Source: Roseateles sp.
GTDB taxonomy: Bacteria > Pseudomonadota > Gammaproteobacteria > Burkholderiales > Burkholderiaceae_C
Reading direction: 5' to 3'
Length of the DNA stretch: 64,000 bases
Assembly: GCA_015657635.1 (NCBI GenBank)
Contig: JACDQM010000034.1
Span: forward strand, 9,925-73,924
The position numbers and the translations under genes were made by a program. The notes under the pieces are model-generated. The model saw only the letters and a program-made list of their open reading frames with translations. It searched no databases and was not told the DNA's origin. Positions 33,313 through 44,449 of this stretch are shown in pieces. Position 1 is the stretch's first letter. Every line of letters starts with the position of its first letter.

Positions 33313-35454
33313 ATGTCCGAGTCCGTCCTGACGCCAGAAACGCCGTCGCCGTCGCCCACCAGCCCGGCGCCGGATTCGCCGCGCCGCACCAGTGCCTGGC
33401 GCGAGCTCTACGAGCTGTTTTCGTCGATGCGCTTCGCGATTGCGCTGTTGACTGTGATCTGCATCGCCTCGGTGATCGGCACCGTGGTCAAGCAGCGCGA
33501 ACCGCTGAACAACTACGTCAACCAGTTCGGCCCCTTCTGGTCCGAGGCGCTGGCCAAGCTGGACATCTACACCGTCTACAGCGCGTGGTGGTTCCTGCTG
33601 ATCCTGGCCTTCCTGGTGCTGTCCACCAGCCTCTGCATCGCCCGCAACACGCCCAAGATCATTGCGGACCTGAAGAGCTACAAGGAGCATGTGCGCGAGA
33701 GCTCGCTGCAGGCCTTCCCTCACAAGGCGCTGGGGCATCTGCCCATGCCGCCGGAGCAGGCGATGAGCCAGATCTCCGCGCTGCTGGACCATGAAGGCTG
33801 GAAGGCGCGCGCGCAGGCCCGCGAGCGCGGCACCATGATCGCGGCGCGCAAGGGCGCGGCCAACAAGATCGGCTATCTGGCAGCGCACTCAGCCATCGTG
33901 CTGATCTGCCTGGGCGGCCTGTTCGACGGCGATCTGATCGTGCGCGCGCTGATGTGGGCGCAGGACAAGACCATTTACCAGGGCGGCGGCCTGGTCAGCG
34001 AAGTGAAGCCCGAACATCGCCTCGGCCCGGGCAATCCCAGCTTCCGTGGCAACCTGATGGTGCCCGAAGGTGGCCGTGCCGCCACCGCCATCCTGTCGAT
34101 GCCCGATGGCGTGGTGCTGCAGGATCTGCCCTTCGATGTCGAGCTGAAGAAGTTCATCGTCGAGTACTACGACACCGGCATGCCCAAGCTGTTCGCCAGC
34201 GAAATCTCGATCCGCGACCATGAGACCGGCGAGGTAAGCCAGGCCCTGGTCAAGGTCAACGAGCCGGCCTTCCATCGTGGCGTGGCGATCTATCAGAGCA
34301 GCTTTGACGATGGCGGTTCGCAGCTCAAGCTGCGTGCGCAGCCGCTCAAGAGCCACGCGCCGGCCTTCGACATCGAAGGCATCGTCGGCGGCTCGACCTC
34401 GCTCAGCAACGGTGACGAGAAGCTGACGCTGGAATTCAGCGGCCTGCGCATCATCAACGTCGAGAACATGAGCAAGACCGAGGCCGGCACCGACGTGCGC
34501 AAGGTGGATCTGGTCGCCTCGCTCGACAAGCACCTGGGCAGCGGCGCCAAGGCCCCCGGCGACAAGAAGCTGCAGAACGTCGGCCCCTCGGTGAGCTACA
34601 AGCTGCGCGATGCCAGCGGACAGGCGCGTGAGTACAACAACTACATGGTGCCGGTGGAACTGGACGGTCAGCGCGTCTTCCTGGCCGGCGTGCGCGACAC
34701 CCCGGCCGAGTCCTACCGCTACCTGCGCATCCCCGTGGACGATCAGGGTGAGATGCAAGGCTGGCTGCATCTGCGCCAGGCCTTGTCCGATGCCGGCATG
34801 CGGGAGCGCGCGGCCGAACGCTATGCCGCCATGGCGGCCCCGGAAGACAAGCCGGAGATGCGCCCCCAGCTCAAGGCCACGGCCCTGCGCGCGCTGGGAC
34901 TGTTCGCTGGCGCCGAAGGCGTCAAGCCGGGCTCGGCTGGCGAGCTTGGCGGACTGCCGGCGCTGTCGCAGTTCATCGAAAGCGAAGTGCCCGAGGCCGA
35001 GCGCGCCCGCGTCTCCGAGGTGCTGCTGCGCATCCTCAACGGGGGCTTGTTCGAGCTTTACAAGATCTCCCGCCAGCAAGCCGGCCAGCCCATGCCCGAG
35101 CCGAGCGCGGCCATGCAGACCTTCATGACGCAAGCCGTGCTGGCCTTGTCGGACAGCATGTTCTACCCCGCGCCAGTGCTGCTGCAGCTGGCAGATTTCA
35201 AGCAGATCCAGGCCAGCGTGTTCCAGGTCGCGCGTGCGCCGGGGCAGAAGCTGGTCTATCTGGGCGCGGTGCTGCTGATCATCGGCGTGTTCGCGATGCT
35301 GTACATCAAGGAGCGCCGCTTGTGGATCTGGCTGGAGCCGGTCCAGAATGGCACGCGCTTGCGCATGGCCCTGTCCAGCACCCGCAACTCGCTGGACACC
35401 GATAGCGAATTCGAGCGCCTGAAGAAGGCGGTACTGAAGGACGACGAGACATGA
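33313..35454 (+). CDS. ccsB: cytochrome c biogenesis protein ResB/Ccs1 (System II)
   Basis: 713 aa. The N-terminal block LFSSMRFAIALLTVICIASVIGTVVKQ is typical of ResB. There is a large periplasmic domain, and the gene overlaps ccsA by 4 nt. Confidence 0.9.
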   Translation: MSESVLTPETPSPSPTSPAPDSPRRTSAWRELYELFSSMRFAIALLTVICIASVIGTVVKQREPLNNYVNQFGPFWSEALAKLDIYTVYSAWWFLLILAFLVLSTSLCIARNTPKIIADLKSYKEHVRESSLQAFPHKALGHLPMPPEQAMSQISALLDHEGWKARAQARERGTMIAARKGAANKIGYLAAHSAIVLICLGGLFDGDLIVRALMWAQDKTIYQGGGLVSEVKPEHRLGPGNPSFRGNLMVPEGGRAATAILSMPDGVVLQDLPFDVELKKFIVEYYDTGMPKLFASEISIRDHETGEVSQALVKVNEPAFHRGVAIYQSSFDDGGSQLKLRAQPLKSHAPAFDIEGIVGGSTSLSNGDEKLTLEFSGLRIINVENMSKTEAGTDVRKVDLVASLDKHLGSGAKAPGDKKLQNVGPSVSYKLRDASGQAREYNNYMVPVELDGQRVFLAGVRDTPAESYRYLRIPVDDQGEMQGWLHLRQALSDAGMRERAAERYAAMAAPEDKPEMRPQLKATALRALGLFAGAEGVKPGSAGELGGLPALSQFIESEVPEAERARVSEVLLRILNGGLFELYKISRQQAGQPMPEPSAAMQTFMTQAVLALSDSMFYPAPVLLQLADFKQIQASVFQVARAPGQKLVYLGAVLLIIGVFAMLYIKERRLWIWLEPVQNGTRLRMALSSTRNSLDTDSEFERLKKAVLKDDET

Positions 35455-36824
35455 ACGCTGCCACCAACACTGTGACGCCGAGCATCAGCCTGGGCCGACG
35501 CGGCCTCCTGGCCACGCGCACGGCCGGCGATTGGCTGTTCGCCCTGCTGCTCGTGCTGGGCGCCGGCTATGCCTTCTCGCGCTACAGCGCCTCGATGGAC
35601 GTCTACGAGAAGGGCATCCTGGTCTGTTCCGTGCCCTCGCTGATCGCGCTGGGCTGGTTCTGGCGGCCGCTGCGCCTGCTGTCGGTGCTGGTCGGCGCCG
35701 CCAGCCTGCTGGCAATCCAGCTCTATCTGCGCCAGACCGATGGCTTCGGCGCCGACCTGGCCGCCGCTGACAATGTTTTCCTGCTGAAGTACGCCCTGTC
35801 CAGCCAGAGTGCCATCCTGTGGATGAGCCTGCTCTTCTTCATGAGCACGCTGTTCTACTGGGGCGGTTTCTTCAGCAAGCGCGAAGCCGGCAACGACAGC
35901 GTGGCCGAGCACATCGGCACGCGGCTGGCCTGGGGCGCGGTCTTCATGGCCCTGGTCGGCACCATGGTGCGCTGGTACGAAAGCCACCAGATCGCGCCTG
36001 ATATCGGCCATATCCCGGTCAGCAACCTCTACGAGGTGTTCGTGATGTTCGCGTGGATGACCACGCTGATGTACCTCTATTACGAACAGCGCTTCAAGAC
36101 CCGCGCGCTGGGTGCCTGGGTGATGCTGGTGGTCAGCGCCTCGGTGGCCTTCCTGCTCTGGTACACGGTGGCGCGCGGCGCCCACGAGATCCAGCCGCTG
36201 GTGCCGGCGCTGCAGAGCTGGTGGATGAAAATCCACGTGCCTGCCAACTTCGTCGGCTACGGCACCTTTGCGATGGCCGCGATGGTGGCCCTGGCCTATC
36301 TGCTGAAGACCGCCACGCCGCGTGCGCTGGTGATCGGCCTGATCGGCGTGCCAGGTGCGCTGGTGGCCATCCTGCTGGCCTTCCGTTTCGGCATGACGAC
36401 GACGCCCGAGATTGCCTCCGGCCTGGAAGGCTGGGCGCGCAAGATGGGCGGCGTTTTCGTCTTCCTGAGCGCCTGCGTGGCGCTGCGCGGCAAGCTGACG
36501 GCACGCCTGCCCTCGCTGGCCGTGCTGGATGACCTGATGTACAAGGCCATCGCGCTGGGCTTCGCCTTCTTCACGATCGCCACCATCCTGGGCGCCTTCT
36601 GGGCCGCCGAGGCCTGGGGCGGCTATTGGAGCTGGGACCCCAAGGAGACCTGGGCCCTCATCGTCTGGCTCAATTACGCCGCCTGGCTGCACATGCGCCT
36701 GATGAAGGGCTTGCGCGGCGTGGTAGCGGCCTGGTGGGCGCTGGTCGGCCTGCTGGTCACCACCTTCGCCTTCCTGGGCGTGAACATGTTCCTGTCGGGC
36801 CTGCACTCCTACGGCACGCTGTAA
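35451..36824 (+). CDS. ccsA: cytochrome c assembly protein CcsA/ResC (System II haem handling)
   Basis: Polytopic membrane protein with the tryptophan-rich WWD-type motif WAAEAWGGYWSWDPKETWALIVW. Confidence 0.9.
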   Translation: MNAATNTVTPSISLGRRGLLATRTAGDWLFALLLVLGAGYAFSRYSASMDVYEKGILVCSVPSLIALGWFWRPLRLLSVLVGAASLLAIQLYLRQTDGFGADLAAADNVFLLKYALSSQSAILWMSLLFFMSTLFYWGGFFSKREAGNDSVAEHIGTRLAWGAVFMALVGTMVRWYESHQIAPDIGHIPVSNLYEVFVMFAWMTTLMYLYYEQRFKTRALGAWVMLVVSASVAFLLWYTVARGAHEIQPLVPALQSWWMKIHVPANFVGYGTFAMAAMVALAYLLKTATPRALVIGLIGVPGALVAILLAFRFGMTTTPEIASGLEGWARKMGGVFVFLSACVALRGKLTARLPSLAVLDDLMYKAIALGFAFFTIATILGAFWAAEAWGGYWSWDPKETWALIVWLNYAAWLHMRLMKGLRGVVAAWWALVGLLVTTFAFLGVNMFLSGLHSYGTL

Positions 36825-36835
36825 GCACAAAGCCC

Positions 36836-37615
36836 GTGCGCCGAGCACTTGCCTTCTTGCTGTGGCTGATGGCCGGCGTCCTGCCCACGCAGGCCGGCAC
36901 GCTGCGCATCGCCACCGGCGAGTTGCCGCCCTATGCCACGGCATCGCGTCCGGACCAGGGCGTGGCCCTGCAGATCGTGCGCCGCGCCTTCGAACTGGCG
37001 GGGCATGAGGTCAGCTACCACTTCCTGCCCTGGTCGCGCGCGCAGCAGGAAACGCTGGCCGGGCGCTGGGATGCCACCGCCTATTGGGGCGCCTCGGAAC
37101 AGCGCCGGCGCGACTTCCTGCTCAGCGACAACGTGCTCACCGAGCAATGGGTGATCGTGCACCGGCGCGACATCGCGCTGGACTGGCGCAACCTCGCCGA
37201 CCTGAAGCCTTGGCGCATCGGCGTGATCCGCGACTACACCTACACGCCGGAGTTCTGGGCCCTGGCGAAGAATGGCACCCTGCAGACCGACAACACGCCC
37301 GACGATCTGCTGGGCCTGCGCAAGCTGCTGGCGGGTCGCATCGATCTGATCCCGATGGAGCGCAATGTGGCTTGCGACCTGCTGTCGCGCCACTTCAGCA
37401 ATGCTGAAGCCGCGCGCCTGTCCGCCCATCCGCGCTTGCTGACGGACAGTTTCACGACCCACCTGATGCTGCCGCCGCAACTGCCGGCCAGCCGGCCCTT
37501 GCTGGAGGCCTTCAATCGCGGTCTGGCCAGCCTCAAGGCCTCGGGCGAGCACGCGCGCATCCTGGCCTCAGTGCGCTGCCCGCGTGACTGGAACAGCAAC
37601 GCCAAGAACCCCTGA
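36836..37615 (+). CDS. periplasmic solute-binding protein, family 3 (orphan; no adjacent permease or ATPase)
   Basis: GTG start inside track ORF 36626..37615 ([21 protein letters not shown] as signal peptide). The following [12 protein letters not shown]...YTYTPEFW...[12 protein letters not shown] pattern matches the PBPb fold. Confidence 0.65.
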   Translation: MRRALAFLLWLMAGVLPTQAGTLRIATGELPPYATASRPDQGVALQIVRRAFELAGHEVSYHFLPWSRAQQETLAGRWDATAYWGASEQRRRDFLLSDNVLTEQWVIVHRRDIALDWRNLADLKPWRIGVIRDYTYTPEFWALAKNGTLQTDNTPDDLLGLRKLLAGRIDLIPMERNVACDLLSRHFSNAEAARLSAHPRLLTDSFTTHLMLPPQLPASRPLLEAFNRGLASLKASGEHARILASVRCPRDWNSNAKNP

Positions 37616-37713
37616 GCGCGAGGCTTTCGCAGCGCCTCCAGCGAGCCCGGCGCAGATGGCGTAAGGTTCAGCGGCCTCATGCGACTGAAGCTCTTACATT
37701 CCCGGAGAACCCG

Positions 37714-38694
<981 letters not shown>

Positions 38695-38696
38695 GC

Positions 38697-39311
38697 ATGC
38701 AAGGTGCCGTCTCGGGCTGGCTGCTGCATCCGGCGGCCAAGCCGCTGCTGTTCCTGCTCTGCCTGGCGCCGCTGGCCAGCCTGGTTTGGGGGGCCCTCGC
38801 GCAGACGCTGGGCGCCAATCCGGCCGAGGCGCTGATCCGCGGCCTGGGCGACTGGACGCTGCGCCTGCTGTGGCTGACGCTCGCCATCACGCCGCTGCGC
38901 CAGCTCGCCGGGCTTCCGGCCCTGCTGCGCTTTCGGCGCATGCTCGGCGTGTTCGCCTTTGCCTACGCCAGCCTGCATCTGCTGGCCTACGGCTGGCTGG
39001 ACATGGGGCTGGACCCCGGCGACATCCTGCGCGACATCGCCAAGCGCCCCTTCATCCTGATGGGTTTCTGCGCCTGGCTGCTGATGCTGCCGCTGGCCGC
39101 CACCAGCTTCAACCGTGCGATCAAGGCGCTGGGCGGCAAACGCTGGCAGGCCCTGCATCGGCTGGTGTATCTGCTGGCGCTGCTGGCGATGGCGCACTTC
39201 ATCTGGATGCGCGCCGGCAAGCAGCTGTTCAGCGAGCCGGCGATCTATGGCGCCGTGCTCGCCGTGCTGCTGGGCTGGCGCCTGTGGCAGCGCTGGCGCG
39301 CCCTGGGATAA
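38697..39311 (+). CDS. msrQ: MsrQ (YedZ), haem-binding membrane partner of MsrP
   Basis: 204 aa with six TM helices. YedZ-type motifs are ITPLR and FAYASLHLLAY, and the gene lies 2 nt after msrP. Confidence 0.9.
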   Translation: MQGAVSGWLLHPAAKPLLFLLCLAPLASLVWGALAQTLGANPAEALIRGLGDWTLRLLWLTLAITPLRQLAGLPALLRFRRMLGVFAFAYASLHLLAYGWLDMGLDPGDILRDIAKRPFILMGFCAWLLMLPLAATSFNRAIKALGGKRWQALHRLVYLLALLAMAHFIWMRAGKQLFSEPAIYGAVLAVLLGWRLWQRWRALG

Positions 39312-39342
39312 TCGACGTTTTCGCGTTCGCCTCCATCCCACC

Positions 39343-40686
39343 ATGCCAGCACCCCTGCCCGCCATCGTCGACTGCGCCGTCATAGGCGGCGGTCCGGCCG
39401 GCTGCAGCGCGAGCAGCTGGCTGGCTCAGCTGGGGCTGAGCACCTTGCTGGTCGAGCGTCAGACCAGCCTGTGCAGCAGTCTGGATGCGCTGCGCTATCC
39501 GCAAGACTGGTTGCTGGGGCATCCGGGCGAGACACTGGCTGCGGCCGGGCAGCGCTATGCGGAACATGTGCTGCGCCAGCCTGCCATCCATACACGGCTG
39601 GGTAGCCAGCCAGAGCATCTCGACTGGCAGCCACATGCGGGCTGGACCCTGCACCTGCCAGGGGGCGAGCGCGTCAACGCGCGCAGCCTCTTACTGGCCA
39701 CCGGGCTGCAACCACGCCGCCCCAGCACGCTGTATCCACAGTCGCCGCGCTGCGCACGCGTGCTGGACGCTGTCGAGCTGACCGCGCGCCGTGAGCAGCT
39801 GCCGGTCGGCCGCGTGCTGCTGCTGGGCGGCGGTGACAACGCAGTGGAGAACGCGCTGTTCCTGCAAGCCCGCGGCCACCAGGTGACGATCTGGTCACGC
39901 AGCGACTGGCGTGCCCAAGCCCATCTGATCTGTGAGCTGGAGGCCTGCAGCGGCATCGAACGCCGGCCCGCCGAGCCCATGCCGAGCGCGGTCGAGCCAG
40001 CGGGTGAAACCGTGGCCGTGAGCTCCAAGCGGCATGGCACCGAGCACTTCGACCATGTCGCGGTGCTGCTGGGCTATGAACCCGAGCCCTCGGTCTGGCT
40101 ACAGGTCTGCGACGCGCTGCAGCGTGCCGGTATCACGGCACCGTCGCACCCCTGGCGTGACGAGCCGCGCTTTGCCGAACTGGGTCTTTTTGTCGCCGGC
40201 GACGCCAGCAGCCGCCTGCACCCCAGCGTACAGACGGCACTGGGTGACGGCGTTGTCGCCGCCAAGCAGGTGGAAGCCTTTCTTCGGCCGGCGCGAGAAG
40301 GCCAGCCGCCGCTGGCCCTGCGCCGCAACAACCGCCAAATCATCCACATCAGCGGCCTGCGCTTCGGCGCCAACCTGGGCGTGTTGGACTTCGAACGCGA
40401 AGGCCCGCAGCCCATCCAGGTGGATGCCGAGGTGAATCTGGGCGCGCAGACCATCGTCTCGCGCGATGCCGACATCGGCCATGTGCTGGACTACCGCCGC
40501 GTGCGCCAGATCATCATCGACGAGTGCACCGCCGAACACACCGATCTGCTCGAAGCCCTGCTGGGCAAGCTCTGCACGCGGCTGATGAAGCTCAGCGGCG
40601 TGGTGGGCGTGCGCATCAAGGTGACCAAGCTTGAAATCTTTCCCGACTGCCAAGTCGCCATCAGCGCCGAGTGCGGCCAGTGGTGA
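39343..40686 (+). CDS. fusion protein: FAD/NAD(P)-dependent oxidoreductase (TrxR-fold, no CxxC) + C-terminal dihydroneopterin aldolase (FolB) domain
   Basis: Internal ATG of track ORF 39115..40686 (MPAPLPAIVDCAVIGGGPAGCSAS). A second dinucleotide motif is LLLGGGDNAVENALFL. The C-terminal ~120 aa, IIHISGLRFGANLGVLDFEREGPQPIQVDAEVNL...LDYRRVRQIII...VGVRIKVTKLE, form a FolB-type pattern. Confidence 0.7.
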   Translation: MPAPLPAIVDCAVIGGGPAGCSASSWLAQLGLSTLLVERQTSLCSSLDALRYPQDWLLGHPGETLAAAGQRYAEHVLRQPAIHTRLGSQPEHLDWQPHAGWTLHLPGGERVNARSLLLATGLQPRRPSTLYPQSPRCARVLDAVELTARREQLPVGRVLLLGGGDNAVENALFLQARGHQVTIWSRSDWRAQAHLICELEACSGIERRPAEPMPSAVEPAGETVAVSSKRHGTEHFDHVAVLLGYEPEPSVWLQVCDALQRAGITAPSHPWRDEPRFAELGLFVAGDASSRLHPSVQTALGDGVVAAKQVEAFLRPAREGQPPLALRRNNRQIIHISGLRFGANLGVLDFEREGPQPIQVDAEVNLGAQTIVSRDADIGHVLDYRRVRQIIIDECTAEHTDLLEALLGKLCTRLMKLSGVVGVRIKVTKLEIFPDCQVAISAECGQW

Positions 40687-40704
40687 ACCCGAGGTGAACA
40701 CGCC

Positions 40705-41661
40705 ATGACGACGACCGAAGAAATCCTGTCCCCCGAAGCCGCCGAGCAAGCCGCTGAGCTCAAGGCTGCAGAAAAGAAAGCCGCGCACGAGATCAACAAG
40801 CTCTCCAAGCGCCTGCATCGCCAGGTCGGCCAGGCCATCAGCGACTTCAACATGATCGAGGACGGCGACAAGGTGATGGTCTGCCTGTCGGGCGGCAAGG
40901 ACAGCTATTCGCTGCTGGACATCCTGATCAACCTGAAGCAGCGCGCACCGATCAAGTTCGACATCGTCGCGGTCAACCTCGATCAGAAGCAGCCCGGCTT
41001 CCCCGAAGAGGTGCTGCCGGCCTATCTGAAGAGCGTCGGCGTGGACTTCCACATCGAGAACCAGGACACCTACTCGATCGTCAAAAAGCTGGTGCCCGAG
41101 GGCAAGACCACCTGTTCCCTCTGCTCGCGCCTGCGCCGCGGCATCCTCTACCGCGTCGCCGGTGAACTGGGCGCCACCAAGATCGCGCTGGGCCACCACC
41201 GCGACGACATCGTCGTCACCTTGCTGCTGAACATGTTCTTCGGCAGCCGCATGAAGGGCATGCCGCCCAAGCTGGTCAGCGACGACGGCAAGAACGTCGT
41301 CATCCGCCCGCTGGCCTATGTGGCGGAAGAGGATCTGGTGCGCTGGTCCGCGCACCGCGAGTTCCCCATCATTCCCTGCAACCTGTGCGGCAGCCAGGAG
41401 AACCTGCAGCGCGTGCAGGTGAAGGCCATGATCCGCGAGTGGGACAAGAAATACCCGGGCCGGGTCGAGAACATGTTCACCGCGATGAGCAATATCGTGC
41501 CCTCGCACATGATGGACCGCGATCTGTTTCCCTTCACCACCATCAAGGCCAGCGGTCAACCCGAGCCGGATGGTGACATCGCCTTCGACGAAGCCGAGGA
41601 CTGCGGCAGCACGCCGTCGACCAGCAAGTCCGTCATCCGCCTGCATCGGGACGATGACTGA
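40705..41661 (+). CDS. ttcA: tRNA 2-thiocytidine(32) synthetase TtcA
   Basis: 318 aa with the PP-loop [13 protein letters not shown] and Fe-S cysteines ([18 protein letters not shown]). Confidence 0.93.
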   Translation: MTTTEEILSPEAAEQAAELKAAEKKAAHEINKLSKRLHRQVGQAISDFNMIEDGDKVMVCLSGGKDSYSLLDILINLKQRAPIKFDIVAVNLDQKQPGFPEEVLPAYLKSVGVDFHIENQDTYSIVKKLVPEGKTTCSLCSRLRRGILYRVAGELGATKIALGHHRDDIVVTLLLNMFFGSRMKGMPPKLVSDDGKNVVIRPLAYVAEEDLVRWSAHREFPIIPCNLCGSQENLQRVQVKAMIREWDKKYPGRVENMFTAMSNIVPSHMMDRDLFPFTTIKASGQPEPDGDIAFDEAEDCGSTPSTSKSVIRLHRDDD

Positions 41662-41793
41662 GCCCGCACACATGGCCCGGAAGGGCCCTGTGGCTGGCGA
41701 CGGACGTTCGGCGATACAAGCCGAACGGCTGAGCCCGCACGCGCGCATCCCACCCGCGCTCGGTACAGAATAGGGTCTACAAGGAGGCCCAAA

Positions 41794-42396
41794 ATGAAAC
41801 GACGTCTTGCCCTTCTCAGCCTGAGCGCCGTGGCGCTGGCCAGCCTGAGTGCTTGCAGCGGCATCTACACCATCAGCGCCGAGGTGCGCAGCTTCGGCAG
41901 CTGGCCGGCAGGCCGCGCGCCGGGCAGCTATGCCTTCGAGCGCCTGCCCTCGCAGCAGCAGAAACAGGACCAGGGTCGTCAGGAGCAGATCGAGGCCCAG
42001 GCCCGCCTTGCGTTGGAGAAGGCCGGCTTCAAGTCCGCAGCCGATGCCAAGACGGCGGACATCATCGTGTCGGTCGGCGTGCGCATCAGCGCGCAGGACC
42101 GCGCCCCCTGGGACGACCCGCTGTGGTGGCGCTGGCACGGCAGCATCTACCACTGGCGCTACGGCCGGCTGAATCCGCCCTTCGGCTTCGAGAGTGAACG
42201 CCGCTATGACCGCGAGGTGGCGCTGCTGCTGCGTGATCGCGTCAGCAACGAGCCGCTCTATGAAGCCCGCGCCAGCAATGACGGCCTGTCGCGCGGTGAC
42301 GCCGAGCTGGTCGGCGCGCTGTTCGAGGCGGCGCTGAGCGACTTCCCGAAGACACGCCCCGAAGCCCACAGCGTCAGCGTGCAACGCAGCCGCTGA
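41794..42396 (+). CDS. lipoprotein, DUF4136-like
   Basis: AAGGAGG RBS. The lipobox is LASLSAC|SG, and the product is 200 aa. The family call is from memory and tentative. Confidence 0.6.
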   Translation: MKRRLALLSLSAVALASLSACSGIYTISAEVRSFGSWPAGRAPGSYAFERLPSQQQKQDQGRQEQIEAQARLALEKAGFKSAADAKTADIIVSVGVRISAQDRAPWDDPLWWRWHGSIYHWRYGRLNPPFGFESERRYDREVALLLRDRVSNEPLYEARASNDGLSRGDAELVGALFEAALSDFPKTRPEAHSVSVQRSR

Positions 42397-42470
42397 GCCG
42401 CCTCAAACAAGCGCTGCCGGCGCGCGCTGATAATCGCGGCTTCTCAACCGACGTCGCGACAACAAACGCT

Positions 42471-43844
42471 ATGGCGCTGAACATCGTCATCATGGCCGCG
42501 GGCAAGGGCACCCGCATGAAGTCGGCCCTGCCCAAGGTGCTGCAAAGGCTGGCTGGACGGGCGCTGCTGCAGCACGTGCTGGACCGCACCGCGCCGCTGC
42601 AGGCGGCGCAGCGCATCATCATCACCGGCCATGGCGCTGAGCAGGTCGAGTCTGCGATGGCCGCCAGCGCCGCTGACTTCGTGCGCCAGATGCCGCAGCT
42701 GGGTACCGGCCATGCGATCCAGCAGACCGTGCCGCTGCTGCCCGCCTCGGGCACCACGCTGATCCTCAGCGGTGACACGCCTCTGATCACCGCTGAAACC
42801 ACGCGACGGCTGGTCGAGACCTGTGCCGGCGAGAAGCTGGTCCTGCTGACCATCGACTACAGCGACCCCACGGGCTATGGCCGCATCGTCCGCGAGGGCG
42901 AGGCGGTCAAGGCCATCGTCGAGCACAAGGACGCCAGCGCTGAACAGCGACACATCCGCGAGTGCTACACCGGCGTGATGGCCGTGCCCACCGCGCAACT
43001 CAAGCGCTGGGTCATGGCGCTGAACAACAACAATGCCCAGGGCGAGTTCTACCTGACCGACATCGTCGCGATGGCGGTAGCCGAAGGTCTGCCGGTGCTG
43101 GGCGTGAAGACTGCGGACGAGACCGAGGTGCTGGGCGTCAACAGCCCGATGCAGTTGGCCGACCTGGAGCGTCGCTTCCAGCATCAGCAGGCGGGTGCGC
43201 TGATGGAAGCCGGCGTGCGCCTGGCTGACCCGGCCCGATTCGACCTGCGCGGCGATCTGGTCTGTGGGCAGGATGTCGAAATCGACGTCAACTGCATCTT
43301 CGAGGGGCGTGTCGAGCTGGGCGACGGTGTGCGCATTGGCGCCAACTGCGTGATCCGTAACGCGCGCATCGCCGCCGGTGCGCGCATCCACGAATTCACC
43401 CACATCGACGGCGAGTCGCTCGGCGTCAGCATCGGCGAAGGCGCGTTGATCGGCCCCTTCGCCCGCCTGCGCCCCGGCGCCGAGCTGGGCGCCGAAGTGC
43501 ACATCGGCAACTTCGTCGAAGTGAAGAACTCAACGCTGGCCAAGGGCGCCAAGGCCAACCATCTGGCCTATCTGGGCGATGCCACCGTGGGCGAGCGCGT
43601 CAACTACGGCGCCGGCTCGATCACTGCCAACTACGACGGCGCCCACAAGCACCGCACCGTGATCGGCGCCGACGTGCATGTGGGCAGCAATTGCGTGCTG
43701 GTGGCGCCGGTCGAGATCGGTGCCGGCGCGACAATTGGCGGCGGCTCGACCATCACCAAAGCGGTCGCGGCCGGGGAGCTGGCTGTGGCGCGCGGCAAAC
43801 AGGTGGCCATCAGCGGCTGGGCCCGTCCGGCCAAGAAGCGCTGA
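42471..43844 (+). CDS. glmU: bifunctional UDP-N-acetylglucosamine pyrophosphorylase / glucosamine-1-phosphate N-acetyltransferase GlmU
   Basis: 457 aa. The N-terminus is IVIMAAGKGTRMKSALPKVLQ, and the C-terminal half carries left-handed beta-helix hexapeptide repeats. Confidence 0.95.
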   Translation: MALNIVIMAAGKGTRMKSALPKVLQRLAGRALLQHVLDRTAPLQAAQRIIITGHGAEQVESAMAASAADFVRQMPQLGTGHAIQQTVPLLPASGTTLILSGDTPLITAETTRRLVETCAGEKLVLLTIDYSDPTGYGRIVREGEAVKAIVEHKDASAEQRHIRECYTGVMAVPTAQLKRWVMALNNNNAQGEFYLTDIVAMAVAEGLPVLGVKTADETEVLGVNSPMQLADLERRFQHQQAGALMEAGVRLADPARFDLRGDLVCGQDVEIDVNCIFEGRVELGDGVRIGANCVIRNARIAAGARIHEFTHIDGESLGVSIGEGALIGPFARLRPGAELGAEVHIGNFVEVKNSTLAKGAKANHLAYLGDATVGERVNYGAGSITANYDGAHKHRTVIGADVHVGSNCVLVAPVEIGAGATIGGGSTITKAVAAGELAVARGKQVAISGWARPAKKR

Positions 43845-43987
43845 AAGCTCGGCAAGCCGGGGCAGATCGGGAATAATTCACAGCGCAGGCAGAATCTGCG
43901 CGGCAGGCTCCCTGAACAGGGGACTGCGCCGGACGGTGGCGATCTCTAGCATGCGCCTGAGGTTTCGATTGTTGTTGAAGGCATCAG

Positions 43988-44446
43988 ATGGCGACCAAAA
44001 CACCCGAGTTGTTTCAAGGGCCCGAAGCGGTGACGCCTGAGAGCGCCTGGCCGGCCGCGGAGCCCATGGCCTCAGCCCCCACCGAGGCGGAGCGCGCTGC
44101 GGCGCTGGAGCAACTGGCGCTCTATCACGCCCGCTGCGAGGACGCGGCCAGCGCCTGCTGGTATCTGTGCCGCAGCCTGGGCGCCGCGCGCCAGCTGACC
44201 CCCGATGAACCGGGCCTGGAACTGCTGTTCGAATTGCTCGGCGCCTTGGCGGACCTGCCGGCCGAGGTGGCTGCGGCGCCCACGCCGCCCACGCAGGGCG
44301 AGGCCGATGGCCTGGGTGTGTTCGAGCTCTGCCAGCAGCTGGAGGCCGCGCGCGAACTCAGCCAGCAGGCCTGGGCTGACCGCGAGGACGAGGTCAGCAT
44401 CGATCCGACATCACCCGTACAGCCAGTGGCTGTCTTGCTCCACTAA
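43988..44446 (+). CDS. acidic hypothetical protein (152 aa)
   Basis: ATG-initiated ORF in an otherwise empty gap, with G/C-ending codons typical of its neighbours. It is Ala/Glu/Pro-rich and has no motif I recognise. Confidence 0.4.
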   Translation: MATKTPELFQGPEAVTPESAWPAAEPMASAPTEAERAAALEQLALYHARCEDAASACWYLCRSLGAARQLTPDEPGLELLFELLGALADLPAEVAAAPTPPTQGEADGLGVFELCQQLEAARELSQQAWADREDEVSIDPTSPVQPVAVLLH

Positions 44447-44449
44447 GAC

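Noticed and set aside
39115-39342. N-terminal extension of the oxidoreductase-FolB ORF
   Set aside because: It overlaps the 3' end of msrQ in another frame and reads as Arg/Cys/Trp junk. The FAD-binding GGGPAG motif follows directly after the ATG at 39343.
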